A stretch of DNA of 64,000 nucleotides from Actinomycetota bacterium (GCA_030681835.1 JAUXRN010000193.1:13506-77505); one strand, 5' to 3'. Shown: positions 10,376 through 21,159, counted from the first letter of the stretch. Made by a program: numbers and translations. The notes: a model not told the origin generated them from the letters alone.

Positions 10376-11086
10376 ATGCCCGAAGCGCCCACCGTCGACC
10401 TGGCGACGCGCCGCCGGCGTGCCCGCAAGGTGCTGGGCGTGCTCACGGATACCTACCCCGATGTGCACTGCGAACTCGACTTCACCACCCCCCTCGAGCT
10501 CCTGGTCGCCACCGTCCTGAGCGCCCAGTGCACAGACCAGCGGGTCAATTCGGTGACCCCGGCCCTCTTCACGCGCTACCCAACGGCTGCGGACTATGCG
10601 TCTGCTGACCTGCTTGAGGTGGAGCAACTGATCGCGCCGACCGGGTTCTTCCGGCAGAAGGCCCGCACGCTGGTCGCGATCGGACAGCATCTGTGCGCCC
10701 GGTTCGGCGGCGAGGTGCCGGCCCGGCTGAAGGACCTGGTCACCCTGCCCGGCGTCGGCCGCAAGACCGCCAACGTCGTGCTCGGCGAGGCGTTCGGCAT
10801 CCCCGGCATCACGGTCGACACCCACCTCGGCCGGCTGGCCCGCCGGCTCGGCTGGACCGAGCACGAGGACCCGGAGAAGGTCGAGGCAGAACTGCAGGGC
10901 CTGTTCGCCCGCAAGGACTGGACCCGGATGTCACAGCTGGTCATCTGGCACGGCCGGCGGCGCTGCCATGCCCGCCGCCCGGCGTGCGGTGCCTGCCCGG
11001 TCGCCCGGTGGTGCCCGTCCTTCGGCGAGGGCCCGACCGACCCGGCCGAGGCGTTCCGACTGGTCCGCGACTCCGGACGCGGCTGA
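10376..11086 (+). CDS. nth: Endonuclease III
   Basis: [18 protein letters not shown] HhH, VDTH, C-x6-C-x2-C-x5-C 4Fe-4S motif. Confidence 0.95.
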   Translation: MPEAPTVDLATRRRRARKVLGVLTDTYPDVHCELDFTTPLELLVATVLSAQCTDQRVNSVTPALFTRYPTAADYASADLLEVEQLIAPTGFFRQKARTLVAIGQHLCARFGGEVPARLKDLVTLPGVGRKTANVVLGEAFGIPGITVDTHLGRLARRLGWTEHEDPEKVEAELQGLFARKDWTRMSQLVIWHGRRRCHARRPACGACPVARWCPSFGEGPTDPAEAFRLVRDSGRG

Positions 11087-11769
11087 TGACGGAGTGGCGG
11101 CGGATGGGCTCCGTCGACATCAAGGCGCAGGCTCAGTTGCCGGACTGGCTGGCCGGGCTGTCGGGCATGCTCGCCACGACCCGGGCCGAGGACCTGACTC
11201 GCTTCATCCCTCCCCATGGCGAGGGCCGGCACTCGGCCGTCCTGATCCTCTTCGGGGAATCCGAGGCCGGTCCGGACCTCCTCCTGATCCAGCGGTCGAG
11301 CACGATGCGCAGCCATGCCGGGCAGCCGGCGTTTCCCGGGGGTGCCGTCGATGAGGCCGACGAGGATGCGTCGGCCGCCGCTTTGCGCGAGGCACAGGAG
11401 GAGACCGGCCTGGATCCGGCCGGCGTGCTCGTGTTCGGGGCACTTCCGGACCTCTGGGTCCCCGTCACCGGCTTCGTCGTTACGCCCGTGCTCGGCTGGT
11501 GGCGGGAGCCGTCGCCGGTCCGGGCGCAGGACCCGGCCGAGGTGGAGAGCGTCCACCGGGTGCCCTTCGCCGAGCTGATCGACCCGGCAAACCGGTGCCG
11601 GGTGCTGCACCCGTCCGGCTATATCGGTGCGGGGTTCACCGTGGCCGACCTGGTCGTGTGGGGGTTCACCGCCGGGCTGATCGCTGGGCTCCTGGACCGG
11701 CTGGGCTGGGCCGTGCCGTGGGACGAGACCCGCATGATCGCGCTGCCCGAGGAGCTGCTCGAGCCGTGA
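11086..11769 (+). CDS. CoA pyrophosphatase (NUDIX)
   Basis: RSHAGQPAFPGG, ALREAQEETG, VWGFTAG. Confidence 0.9.
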   Translation: MTEWRRMGSVDIKAQAQLPDWLAGLSGMLATTRAEDLTRFIPPHGEGRHSAVLILFGESEAGPDLLLIQRSSTMRSHAGQPAFPGGAVDEADEDASAAALREAQEETGLDPAGVLVFGALPDLWVPVTGFVVTPVLGWWREPSPVRAQDPAEVESVHRVPFAELIDPANRCRVLHPSGYIGAGFTVADLVVWGFTAGLIAGLLDRLGWAVPWDETRMIALPEELLEP

Positions 11770-12959
11770 ACCTCGTCGACTGGATCCTCATCGGCGCCCT
11801 GATCGTCTTCGCGATCGCCGGGTGGCAGCGCGGCTTCGTCTCGGGCGCGCTCTCGTTCGCCGGGTTCCTCGGTGGCGGCATCATCGGGGCATTCATCCTC
11901 CCGCCGATCGTCGCGGCGACCGGGCTGCCCGACCTCGCCCGCGCCCTGATCGTCGCCGGCGGAGTGCTCCTGATGGCCATCGCGGGCCAGGTGCTCGCGT
12001 CGATCGTGGGGCGGATGGTCCGCGGCACCATGACCTGGAAGCCGGTCCGCGTCGTCGACAACGCTGGCGGCGCCGTCCTCAACGTCCTCGCCCTCGCGGT
12101 CGTCACGTGGATCGTGGTGAGCGCGGTCGCCTATCTCCCGTCCTCGCCCGTGTCCCAGCAGTTGACCGCCTCTCGCGTCCTCGTCGCACTCGACTCGGTC
12201 GTCCCGCCTCCGGTGCGCAATGCCTTCGGCAGCCTGCGCGACCTGGTCGGGTCCTCGGACGTGCCCCGCATCTTCTCCGGCTTCGCGCAGGTGACCGGGC
12301 CGGACGTGCCGCCGCCGGACTCCGACACCGAGTCCGGTGCCATCCAGGCCGTGCGAGGTTCGGTCGTGCGGGTCAGCGGCGACACCCCTGAGTGCCGCGA
12401 CGGGGTCACCGGGTCGGGCTTCGTGGTGTCTGCCCACCGCGTCATCACGAACGCGCACGTCGTGGCGGGGGTTCCTGAGCCGGTCGTCCGGGTCCGCCTC
12501 GACAGCCCAGCGCTGCCCGCGACGGTCGTGTACTTCGATGCCGACGTCGACATCGCGATCCTCGATGTGCCGAGGCTTGATGCCGCGGCGATCCCCTTCG
12601 CACTCGAGTCCGCCCAGACAGGCGACTCGGCGGTCATCGCCGGCTTCCCCGGAGGCGGCCCCTACGCGGTCGAGCCAGCCCGGGTGCGCACGACCGTCAC
12701 GGCACGGGGCGACGACATCTACGGCAACGCCGGGGTCGACCGCGAGGTCTACATCGTTCGTGGACTCGTGCGGCCGGGCAACTCCGGCGGCCCGCTCCTC
12801 GACCCGTCCGGTCGGGCCCTCGGCGTGGTGTTCGGCTCCGACGAGGAGGAGCCCGACGTCGGCTACGTCCTGACCGCGGCGCAGGTGGCACCCGCGGTCG
12901 AAGCGGGCCGGTCGGCGACGGACCCGGTCGATACCGGCAGCTGCCGCCTGCGCGACTAG
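11766..12959 (+). CDS. marP: MarP-family membrane serine protease
   Basis: N-terminal TM segments; TNAHVV, DIAIL, GNSGGP catalytic triad motifs. Confidence 0.9.
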   Translation: MNLVDWILIGALIVFAIAGWQRGFVSGALSFAGFLGGGIIGAFILPPIVAATGLPDLARALIVAGGVLLMAIAGQVLASIVGRMVRGTMTWKPVRVVDNAGGAVLNVLALAVVTWIVVSAVAYLPSSPVSQQLTASRVLVALDSVVPPPVRNAFGSLRDLVGSSDVPRIFSGFAQVTGPDVPPPDSDTESGAIQAVRGSVVRVSGDTPECRDGVTGSGFVVSAHRVITNAHVVAGVPEPVVRVRLDSPALPATVVYFDADVDIAILDVPRLDAAAIPFALESAQTGDSAVIAGFPGGGPYAVEPARVRTTVTARGDDIYGNAGVDREVYIVRGLVRPGNSGGPLLDPSGRALGVVFGSDEEEPDVGYVLTAAQVAPAVEAGRSATDPVDTGSCRLRD

Positions 12960-14506
12960 CTCGGGACGAGGGCGGTCGGCCGGGCCTCGGCGGGGTGGGC
13001 GGCGCGGGCGGGCAGCAGGGCAAGGGCGACGATGGCCCCGGCGAACGCGACCGCAGCCGCCACGAGGGAGCCGGCCGACAGTCCGTCGACGAACGCAGCC
13101 TGGGCAGCGGCGGCGACTGCCGGGGCCACGTCAGCGGGCAGCGTCCCGGCGACGCCCAGTCCGGCCGCGACCGACTCCTGCACGGTGGCGAGCACCTCAT
13201 CGGGCAGTCCGAGGTTGCCCAGGGCATCGAGCACCGCCGCTCCGTACACGCTCGCGAACACCGAGCCGACGACCGCGACGCCGAGGGTGCCGCCAAGCTC
13301 GCGGGTGGTGTCGTTGACCGCGGAGCCGACACCGGCCTTGGCCGGCGGCAGCGCGCCCATGATCGACTCGGTCGCAGGCCCGGTCGTCAGCCCTAGGCCG
13401 ACCGCCATCGTCACCATGCTCGAGACGGTCAAGCCGAGGTACGGCGTGTCGACGTCCACGCGCGAGGCCATGACGAAGCCGAGTGCCATCACGGCGAGGC
13501 CCGTTGCCACGACGGACTTCGTGCCGAAGCGGCGGACGGCGACCATCGCCAGCGGCGACGTGACGCCAGTCGCGACAGCGAACGGCAGCGTGCGCAGCCC
13601 AGCCTCCAGCGGCGAGTAGCCCTGGACGAGCTGCAGGTACTGCGTGATCAGGAATATGAAGCCGAAGAGCGCGAAGAAGGCCGTCGTGACGGACAGGCTG
13701 GCCGCCGTGAAGCGCAGGTTGCGGAAGAGCGTGACGTCCAGCAGCGGGTGCGCGTTGCGTCGCTCCCACACGGCGAACGCCGCGAGCATCACCAGCCCCG
13801 TCGTCCCGGCGACGGCAATGGGAGCGGAGGTCCACCCGCGGTGCGGGGCCTCGATGATCGCCCACACGAGCAGGCCGACCCCGGCAGCCGACAGCACGAG
13901 CCCGAGGTGGTCCATCGGACCGCTCTGAGGATCGCGCGAGGTGGGCACCAGGACTGCGCCCAGGCCGAGGGCGATGGCCGCGACCGGGAGGTTGACCAGG
14001 AAGATCGAGCCCCAGGAGAAGTGCTCGAGCAGGTAGCCGCCGGTAACCGGGCCCAGCGCGACAGCAAGCCCCGTGCATGCCGACCAGATCCCGATCGCGG
14101 TGGCCCGTTCGCGCCTGTCCGTGAACACGGTGACGAGGATCGCCAGCGTCGCCGGGAAGATGAACGCGGCCCCGACGCCCATGAGCGCACGCGCACCGAT
14201 GAGCTGCCCAGAGGTGGTGGCGAACGCGGCGAGCAGCGAGGTGGCGGCGAAGAGGACCAGCCCCAGCTGGAGGGCCAGCTTCCGGCCGAACCTGTCGCCG
14301 AAGTGGCCGAACGCCAGGAGCAGGGCGGCGAAGACCAGCGTGTAGGCGTCCACCACCCACTGGAGCTCGGAGATCGAGGCGTCGAGGTCCTCGCTCAGGG
14401 TCGGCAGGGCGACATTCACGATGGTGTTGTCGATGACGACCATGAGCAGGCTGAGGCACAAGACGGCAAGGATCGCCCACCTCCTGCGATGGGTGGTCTC
14501 GTTCAT
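12956..14506 (-). CDS. DHA2 (14-TM) MFS efflux transporter
   Basis: DNTIVNVALP, GDRFGRK, WGSIFLVNLP motifs. Confidence 0.9.
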   Translation of the reverse strand: MNETTHRRRWAILAVLCLSLLMVVIDNTIVNVALPTLSEDLDASISELQWVVDAYTLVFAALLLAFGHFGDRFGRKLALQLGLVLFAATSLLAAFATTSGQLIGARALMGVGAAFIFPATLAILVTVFTDRRERATAIGIWSACTGLAVALGPVTGGYLLEHFSWGSIFLVNLPVAAIALGLGAVLVPTSRDPQSGPMDHLGLVLSAAGVGLLVWAIIEAPHRGWTSAPIAVAGTTGLVMLAAFAVWERRNAHPLLDVTLFRNLRFTAASLSVTTAFFALFGFIFLITQYLQLVQGYSPLEAGLRTLPFAVATGVTSPLAMVAVRRFGTKSVVATGLAVMALGFVMASRVDVDTPYLGLTVSSMVTMAVGLGLTTGPATESIMGALPPAKAGVGSAVNDTTRELGGTLGVAVVGSVFASVYGAAVLDALGNLGLPDEVLATVQESVAAGLGVAGTLPADVAPAVAAAAQAAFVDGLSAGSLVAAAVAFAGAIVALALLPARAAHPAEARPTALVPS

Positions 14507-14521
14507 GCTGGCTCCTCGTTG

Positions 14522-14536
14522 TAGAACAACGTTCTA
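14522..14536. promoter_or_regulatory. Palindromic operator candidate for the adjacent TetR
   Basis: TAGAAC-AAC-GTTCTA between divergent MFS and TetR genes. Confidence 0.6.
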
Positions 14537-14562
14537 GATATGTAGCACGTTATACTAGACAG

Positions 14563-15159
14563 ATGACGAGCGCGCAAGGCCGGCACCGCACCCCGAGCAC
14601 CGATGTCACGGACTCCCTCGTCGCGGCCGCGCTTGAGCTGCTGGAGGAGGAGGGCCCCGACGGGCTCACCGTCCGGGCCGTCGCCGCCCGTGCCGGCGTG
14701 GCACCGATGGGCGTGTATTCGCGCTTCGGCGGGAAGCCGGGCCTCGTCGAGGCGCTCTTCGTGCACGGCTTCGACGAGCTGCATGCCACGATCGCGGCCA
14801 GCCGCGGACGCGACGCGCTTGCCCGCCTGCGCAAGGGCTGCCGCGCCTACCGTTCCTTCGCGGTCGCGCACCCGCACCTGTACCAGCTCATGTTCCAGAA
14901 GATGCTGGAGCTGGACCTGTCCGCCGAGTCGCTCGACACCGCTGCTCAGACGTTCACCCAGCTGGCCGACCGCGTGGCCGACGCCATGGAGGCCGGCCTG
15001 CTCGCGCCTGGCGACCAGGTCGAGGTGGCCCAGCAGGTCTGGAACGGCCTGCATGGAGGCGTCATGCTGGAACTGGCCGGGATCACCTTTGCCGCCGACC
15101 CCGAGCGCACCTTCGGGGCGATGGTCGACTCGTTGCTGCGCGGGCTGGCCACGAAGTAG
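14563..15159 (+). CDS. TetR/AcrR-family regulator
   Basis: LTVRAVAARAGVAPMGVYSRFGGK HTH; TATACT 6 nt upstream of ATG. Confidence 0.92.
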   Translation: MTSAQGRHRTPSTDVTDSLVAAALELLEEEGPDGLTVRAVAARAGVAPMGVYSRFGGKPGLVEALFVHGFDELHATIAASRGRDALARLRKGCRAYRSFAVAHPHLYQLMFQKMLELDLSAESLDTAAQTFTQLADRVADAMEAGLLAPGDQVEVAQQVWNGLHGGVMLELAGITFAADPERTFGAMVDSLLRGLATK

Positions 15160-15177
15160 CCCCGGGAGGCGGTGGCG

Positions 15178-15990
15178 CTAGCAGGTGCCGCCGGCCCCGA
15201 AGTTCTGCGCCCAGTAGGTGCCGTACTCGCTGCCTTCCACGGTGGCGAAGCCCACGCCGAGATGAGTGAACCGTGGTTCGACGATGTTGGTGTAGTGACC
15301 GGCTGAGTCGCGCCACGCCGCCATGACCTCGGCAACGTCGGCCTGCCCCGCAGCGATGTTCTCGCCCCAGGCGCGGGCACCGTCGTAGCCGGCCGCCTCC
15401 ATGCGATCCCCGGGGGTGGAGCCGTCCGGCCCGTGGTGGTCGAAGTGGTTGCGTTCGCCCATGAGCTGGGCATACGCCTGCGCGGAACGGTTCAAGGCCG
15501 CGCACAGGCGCACCGGATCCGCCCCGGCCTTCGCCCGCAGGGCGTTGACGTCGCCCAGCATCTCGCGCTGCCAATCCGACGGATCGGCGACCGGGCCAGC
15601 CCCGGGGCTGGTGACCTGGGTGGTGAAGAACGGGGCAGTGGCGCGTACCCGCGCGGTCACCACGAAGGTGCCGGCATCGCCGTAGGTGTGCGTCCCGGTG
15701 GCAGCGCAGGACTGGGGCCTGGCGGCCGCCCGGGCCGTGGAGCACGTGCTCCGCAGGACGGCCTTGCGGCCTTCGCCCCACCGCACCGTGACCGGCCTGC
15801 CCCGGGAGATTCCCACGACCGCCAGCGTCAGTGTCGTGCCCATCTCGGTCTCCACGACCGTGTTGCTTGACACCGCCGGGTAGCGGGTCGCGGCCGTGGC
15901 GGGGGCAGGGAGCGTGGCACAGGCGAGCGCTGCTGCCGAAACAGCGACGGTCAGGACGAGGCGACCCACGGATGAGCGCACGGCATCCAT
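15178..15990 (-). CDS. Secreted CAP (SCP) domain protein with PKD-like N-terminal domain
   Basis: Signal peptide; WGEG...HTYGDAGTFVVT; GENIAAGQ, SAGHYTNI, YWAQNFG; GAGGAGG RBS before ATG 15990. Confidence 0.82.
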   Translation of the reverse strand: MDAVRSSVGRLVLTVAVSAAALACATLPAPATAATRYPAVSSNTVVETEMGTTLTLAVVGISRGRPVTVRWGEGRKAVLRSTCSTARAAARPQSCAATGTHTYGDAGTFVVTARVRATAPFFTTQVTSPGAGPVADPSDWQREMLGDVNALRAKAGADPVRLCAALNRSAQAYAQLMGERNHFDHHGPDGSTPGDRMEAAGYDGARAWGENIAAGQADVAEVMAAWRDSAGHYTNIVEPRFTHLGVGFATVEGSEYGTYWAQNFGAGGTC

Positions 15991-15998
15991 CCTCCTCC

Positions 15999-16388
15999 TC
16001 ATTCGGCCAGACGCAGGCACGAACGCCGGACGAGGCCCTCGTCGATGCATGGCGGCAGGCTGGCGGCCCCGTCGAGCGTCGCCATCGCCCGCCTGGCCAG
16101 CCGCTGCGCACCGACGCCGTTGCCGCGTGCCTCGTGCGTCAGCGCGGCACCCCATTGCGCCAGTGCGCGCCATGCGTCGCGCTGCGTTCCTTCGGCCAGC
16201 CGCCACCGAAGCTCGAAGACCTCGTGTGCATGGAACGGCAGCCCATGGGACAGGTATCCCATGGCCGCCCGCCAGGCGGCATCGTCGTTGTCCGCATCGC
16301 CCGGAAGCACCGGCGGCACGGCCAATGCGGGATCCCCGCCAGAGGGCAGCGGCCGGCCGAGCCGGTCGCGTGGCCGCTCCGCGGTCAT
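15999..16388 (-). CDS. DUF309-family protein
   Basis: RPRDRLGRPL, PFHAHEVFE, WRALAQ motifs. Confidence 0.8.
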   Translation of the reverse strand: MTAERPRDRLGRPLPSGGDPALAVPPVLPGDADNDDAAWRAAMGYLSHGLPFHAHEVFELRWRLAEGTQRDAWRALAQWGAALTHEARGNGVGAQRLARRAMATLDGAASLPPCIDEGLVRRSCLRLAE

Positions 16389-17305
16389 CCCCTCGTCACG
16401 CCCGGGAGCCAGTCGAGGAGCGCCGCGGTGAACTCGTCCGGCGACTCCTCGTGCGGGAAGTGGCCCGCATCGAGGTCGATCCGCCGGTAGTCGCCGCGGA
16501 CGTACGCATCGCTGCCGTCGACCGAGCCGGGAAGGGTCATCGGGTCGGCCTTGCCGTGCACCTGCAGCACCCGCCGCTGGATGGGGGCTTCCATCAACGA
16601 CATGTAGGAGAGCCCGTCCGGCCGCACGGAGGACCGAGCGGCCCAGCGGTGATACTCGATTGCGGTGTGGGCCGTGGGCCAGCGCAGGAAGGCGGACCGG
16701 TAGACGTCAGCGGTCTGCTCGTCGAGCCATTCGTCGCTCGCGCACCACGAGCGGATGAGGTCGACGACGCGCTGCCCATCGCGTGCCGTGAGCCGGCGTT
16801 CGGGAACGAAGGGAACCTGGAAGCCGAGGGCGTACCCCAGCGCGGCGCGTTGGCGGCCGTTTCGCATCAGCGCACGTCGCAGCTGCCGTGGGTGCGGCAT
16901 CGACACGGGCACGATCGCGCGCACCGTGTCAGGCTCGACGACTGCCGTGGACCACGCCCCGAGTCCGCCCCAGCCATGGCCCACGATGACGGCGTCCTCC
17001 TCGCCCAGGCACCGGATGACGCCGGCCACGTCCGCTGCCAGCGTTCGGGGGTCGTAGCCCTCAGGCGGGTGGTCGGACCCCCCGTACCCGCGCAGGTCCA
17101 TCGCGATTGCCCGGTAGCCGGCGTCGGCGAGTGCGACGATCTGGCTGCGCCACGTCCACCAGAAGGTCGGGAATCCGTGCAGGAAGAGCACGGCTGGTCC
17201 GTCGCCGGATTCGACAATGTGGAACCGGGCCCCGTTGGCGGAGACATCGCGATGGCTCCACGGACCCGCCGCCCGGATCGCCGCGTCGGGGTCGGGCAGG
17301 GTCAC
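16385..17305 (-). CDS. Alpha/beta hydrolase (epoxide-hydrolase-like)
   Basis: LHGFP, DLRGYGGSD, GHGWGG, GHFPHEE. Confidence 0.9.
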   Translation of the reverse strand: MTLPDPDAAIRAAGPWSHRDVSANGARFHIVESGDGPAVLFLHGFPTFWWTWRSQIVALADAGYRAIAMDLRGYGGSDHPPEGYDPRTLAADVAGVIRCLGEEDAVIVGHGWGGLGAWSTAVVEPDTVRAIVPVSMPHPRQLRRALMRNGRQRAALGYALGFQVPFVPERRLTARDGQRVVDLIRSWCASDEWLDEQTADVYRSAFLRWPTAHTAIEYHRWAARSSVRPDGLSYMSLMEAPIQRRVLQVHGKADPMTLPGSVDGSDAYVRGDYRRIDLDAGHFPHEESPDEFTAALLDWLPGVTRG

Positions 17306-17308
17306 GCG

Positions 17309-17752
17309 CTAGGACTCCTGGGGCGACGTAACGGGCATGACGACGGGGTCCGGGGTCATCTCCGGCGCCACCGCCCCCGAGAGCGCCGCCTTGGTCTTCT
17401 CGAACTCGATCATCGTCAGGTTCGGGCCGCTGGCCTTCTCGAACTGCTGGCGGGCCACCAGCGCGGTGATGGTCCCGGCGATGATCAGCAGGACCGCGAC
17501 GATGAGGAAGCCAGCCCACTCCGGCAGGCCCAGGGCAGCGATGCCGAGGGCAAGGGTCACCAGCAGGAACAAGACCGCGAAGATGGCAATGCCGAGGGTG
17601 GCGATGCCCAGGCCTGCGCCTGTGCCGAATCGCTGGCCGGAGGCGCTGATCTCGGTCTTGGCCAGCGCCAGCTGGGCATTGGCGAGCCTCTTGGCATCGT
17701 CGGCGGCCTTGGTGAGCAGGGCCTTCAGGGATGGCTTGGGTTGGGGCGGCAT
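17309..17752 (-). CDS. Actinobacterial phage-holin-family membrane protein (core gene)
   Basis: QLALAKTE followed by two TM helices; conserved position beside nhaA/acs. Confidence 0.75.
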   Translation of the reverse strand: MPPQPKPSLKALLTKAADDAKRLANAQLALAKTEISASGQRFGTGAGLGIATLGIAIFAVLFLLVTLALGIAALGLPEWAGFLIVAVLLIIAGTITALVARQQFEKASGPNLTMIEFEKTKAALSGAVAPEMTPDPVVMPVTSPQES

Positions 17753-17782
17753 GACTACCTCCGGCTGGTCAGGTACGTCAGG

Positions 17783-19066
17783 CTATCGGGAGTCAGGCTC
17801 GGCATACACGTCCGGGATTCCATCCCCGTCCTCGTCGGCCTGCTCACGGGCATAGACCTCCGCGTAGTGGCGGTTGCGCGTCCGGAGTGCCCCGGCGGCC
17901 AGGACGGCGGCAATCACGGAGGCGACGAGCACTGCCAGCTTGGCCGATTCGAGCTGGCCGGGGTCGCTCATGTAGGCCAACTCGGCGATCAGCAGGGCGA
18001 CCGTGAAACCGATTCCCGCGACGACCCCCACCGCCCCCACATCTCTCCAGGCCAGGTCCGGGGCGAGCGAGGCACGGGTGAAGCGCGCCGTCAGCCAGGC
18101 ACCGGCGATGATGCCGATCGGCTTGCCCACCACCAGACCGACGATGATGCCGATCGCCACGGGCGAGGACAGCCCCTCGATGAACCCGGTGCTGCGGAAG
18201 TCGACGCCCGCGGCGAAGAAGGCGAAGAGCGGTACGCACACCCCTGCGCTGATCGGGTGGATGAGGTGGGAGAGCCGCTCGGCCGGCGCCTGCGCCTCGC
18301 CAGGATCGGTGCGCACGCGGGTGAGGAAGCCGAACACCACGCCGGCGATGGTGGCGTGGATGCCGCTCTCGTGCGTGAAGTACCAGCCCAGCAGCACGAG
18401 CGGGACGTAGAGGAATGGTGTCGTCATGCGCAGCCGCATCGCCAGCGCGTAGACGCCGAAGGTTGCCAGCGCAGCGAGGAACCACCAGATCGAGAACGCG
18501 TCGGAGTAGAAGATCGCGATGACCGCGATCGCCCCGAGGTCGTCGACGACCGCGAGGGTCAGCAGGAAGGCGCGAAGGGCCACGGGAAGCCGACGGCCGA
18601 TCACCGCGAGCACGGCAAGGGCGAAGGCGATGTCGGTCGCCATGGGGATGCCCCAGCCCACCGTCGACCCGTCGGCCGCCAGGGAGTTCACGGCCAGGAA
18701 GATGATCGCCGGCAGGGCCATTCCTCCGACGGCGGCCGCGACGGGCACGACCGCGCGCGCCGGCTTCGAGAGGGAGCCGAGCACGAGTTCGTGCTTGAGT
18801 TCCAGGCCGACCACGAAGAAGAAGACCGCGAGCAGTCCGTCCGCCGCCCACACGCCGAGGGGCAGGTCCAGGTGCAGCGAGATCGGCCCGACCTGCAGGT
18901 CGACGAGCGCCTCGTATGTCGCGCCCCAGGGCGAGTTGGCCCACACCAGCGCGACCGCCGCGGCTACGAGAAGCAGGATGCCGCCGAAGGTCTCGTCGCG
19001 CAGTTGCTCGACCAGCCAGCCCCGCTGCGGGAGCGTTGGCCGCTGGAGGAACTCCCGGTCGCTCAC
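17783..19066 (-). CDS. nhaA: Na+/H+ antiporter NhaA
   Basis: GLELKHE, ATDIAFAL, LAVVDDLGAI, GIHATIAGV, GIGFTV. Confidence 0.95.
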   Translation of the reverse strand: MSDREFLQRPTLPQRGWLVEQLRDETFGGILLLVAAAVALVWANSPWGATYEALVDLQVGPISLHLDLPLGVWAADGLLAVFFFVVGLELKHELVLGSLSKPARAVVPVAAAVGGMALPAIIFLAVNSLAADGSTVGWGIPMATDIAFALAVLAVIGRRLPVALRAFLLTLAVVDDLGAIAVIAIFYSDAFSIWWFLAALATFGVYALAMRLRMTTPFLYVPLVLLGWYFTHESGIHATIAGVVFGFLTRVRTDPGEAQAPAERLSHLIHPISAGVCVPLFAFFAAGVDFRSTGFIEGLSSPVAIGIIVGLVVGKPIGIIAGAWLTARFTRASLAPDLAWRDVGAVGVVAGIGFTVALLIAELAYMSDPGQLESAKLAVLVASVIAAVLAAGALRTRNRHYAEVYAREQADEDGDGIPDVYAEPDSR

Positions 19067-19102
19067 TCGACCAGCCTAGTTACGCGTTCGAGATGCCGAT
19101 CG

Positions 19103-21064
19103 TCAGTCCTCGGCGGTGGAGGCGGCCAGGCCGCTGGAGATCAGGCCCATGACGGCGGGGTCGGCGAGGGTGGTGGCGTCGCCGAGGCTGCGGTGCTCGG
19201 CGACGTCGCGCAGCAGACGCCGCATGATCTTGCCGGAGCGGGTCTTGGGCAGCTCCGGGACGATCATGACCTGCCGGGGCTTGGCGATGGGGCCGATCTC
19301 GTGGGCGACGTGGTTGCGCAGTTCGGCGACGATCGCTTCGCCGTCGGTCGCATCGACGTCGGCTCGCAGGATGACGAAGGCCACGATCCCTTGGCCGGTG
19401 GTCTCGTCGGCGGCGCCGACGACGGCGGCCTCGGCGACCTTGGGGTGCGAGACGAGCGCCGACTCGACCTCTGTGGTGGAGATGCGGTGGCCGGAGATGT
19501 TCATGACGTCGTCGACCCGGCCGAGCAGCCAGATGGCGCCGTCGTCGTCCCACTTGGCCCCGTCGCCGGCGAAGTAGTACTGCGGCCAGCGGGACCAGTA
19601 GGTGTCGACGTAGCGGTCGTTGTCTCCCCAGATGCCGCGCAGCATGCCGGGCCACGGCTCGGTCAGCACCAGGTAGCCGCCGTGGCCGTTGCCGACGGGC
19701 GTGCCGGCGTCGTCGACGATCGCGGCGCCGATGCCGGGCAGCGGCCGCATGGCCGAGCCGGGCTTGGTCGAGGTGACGCCGGGCAGGGGGGAGATCATGA
19801 TTGCGCCGGTCTCGGTCTGCCACCACGTGTCGACGATGGGGCAGCGGTCGCCGCCGATCGCCCGGCGGTACCACATCCATGCCTCGGGGTTGATCGGCTC
19901 GCCGACCGACCCGAGCAGGCGCAGGCTGGAGAGGTCGTGGCCGGCGGGCAGGTCGTCGCCCCACTTCATGAACGTGCGAATGGCGGTCGGCGCGGTGTAG
20001 AGGATCGTCACCTTGTGCCGCTCGACGATGTCCCACCAACGGTTCTTGCCCGGGGTGTCCGGGGTGCCCTCGTAGACCACCTGGGTCACCCGGTTGGCCA
20101 GCGGCCCGTAGACGATGTACGAGTGGCCGGTGACCCAGCCGATGTCCGCGGTGCACCAGTAGACGTCGCTGTCGGGCTTGAGGTCGAACACGTTGCGGTG
20201 CGTGTACGCGGCCTGGGTCAGGTAGCCCCCCGTGGTGTGCAGGATGCCCTTCGGCTTCCCGGTCGTCCCGGACGTGTACAGGATGAACAGCGGATGCTCG
20301 GAATCGAATGCATCGGGCACGTGCACCGACGGCTGCCGGGCGACGATGTCATGCCACCACACGTCCCGGCCCTCGGCCCACTCCACTTCCGCGCCCGTAC
20401 GGCGCACGACCAGCACGTGCTCGACGGACGGGGTCTCGGCCACCGCCTCGTCCACGGCCGGCTTCAGCGCCATCACCGTGCCCCGCCGGTTCTGGCCGTC
20501 CGCGGTGATCACGAGCCTTGCCTGCGCATCGTCGATCCGGCTGCGCAGCGCCTCCGCTGAGAACCCGGCGAACACCACCGAGTGCACCGCGCCGATCCGG
20601 GCGCACGCCAGCATCGCCACGATCGCCTCGGGGATCATGGGCAGGTAGATCGCCACCCGATCGCCCGCGACGACGCCCAGCTCGGCCAGCGCATGCGCGG
20701 CCTGGCCGACCTCCGCCATCAGCTGCGCGTACGTCACGTCCCGGCGGTCGCCCGGCTCCCCCTCGAACCGGATCGCGACCTGGTCACCGTGACCGGACTC
20801 CACATGACGGTCGACGCAGTTGTAGGCCACGTTCAAGGTGCCGCCGACGAACCACTTCGCGAATGGCGCCCCCGACCAGTCCAGAACCTCCTCGAACGGC
20901 TGCTCCCACGACAGGTACCGGGCCTGGTCGGCCCAGAAGCCGAGCCGGTCCGCCTCCGCATCGGAGTACATCCCAGCCGTGGCGTTGGCCTGCGCGGCGA
21001 AGGCATCCGACGGCGGGAAGACACGGTCCTCGTGCGACAGGTTGTCCAGGGCCTCGTGGCTCAC
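19103..21064 (-). CDS. acs: Acetate--CoA ligase
   Basis: YTSGTTGKPKG, DTWWQTETG, LPKTRSGKIMRR; start GTG 21064. Confidence 0.96.
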   Translation of the reverse strand: MSHEALDNLSHEDRVFPPSDAFAAQANATAGMYSDAEADRLGFWADQARYLSWEQPFEEVLDWSGAPFAKWFVGGTLNVAYNCVDRHVESGHGDQVAIRFEGEPGDRRDVTYAQLMAEVGQAAHALAELGVVAGDRVAIYLPMIPEAIVAMLACARIGAVHSVVFAGFSAEALRSRIDDAQARLVITADGQNRRGTVMALKPAVDEAVAETPSVEHVLVVRRTGAEVEWAEGRDVWWHDIVARQPSVHVPDAFDSEHPLFILYTSGTTGKPKGILHTTGGYLTQAAYTHRNVFDLKPDSDVYWCTADIGWVTGHSYIVYGPLANRVTQVVYEGTPDTPGKNRWWDIVERHKVTILYTAPTAIRTFMKWGDDLPAGHDLSSLRLLGSVGEPINPEAWMWYRRAIGGDRCPIVDTWWQTETGAIMISPLPGVTSTKPGSAMRPLPGIGAAIVDDAGTPVGNGHGGYLVLTEPWPGMLRGIWGDNDRYVDTYWSRWPQYYFAGDGAKWDDDGAIWLLGRVDDVMNISGHRISTTEVESALVSHPKVAEAAVVGAADETTGQGIVAFVILRADVDATDGEAIVAELRNHVAHEIGPIAKPRQVMIVPELPKTRSGKIMRRLLRDVAEHRSLGDATTLADPAVMGLISSGLAASTAED

Positions 21065-21159
21065 GGGCGGTCCTCTCCTCGGCACGGTGACGCTCGTCAG
21101 GCAACCTACCTAAAGGTCCGGCGGTCGCGGGAGGTATCGACGGCCGATACCGTCCCCCC

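Noticed and set aside
17309-17752. Holin-family gene as evidence of a prophage
   Set aside because: This family is a normal core neighbour of nhaA/acs in actinobacteria; no phage genes nearby
15896-20560. 1554-aa plus-strand ORF
   Set aside because: Antisense shadow of the hydrolase, holin-like, nhaA and acs genes in high-GC DNA; no protein motifs
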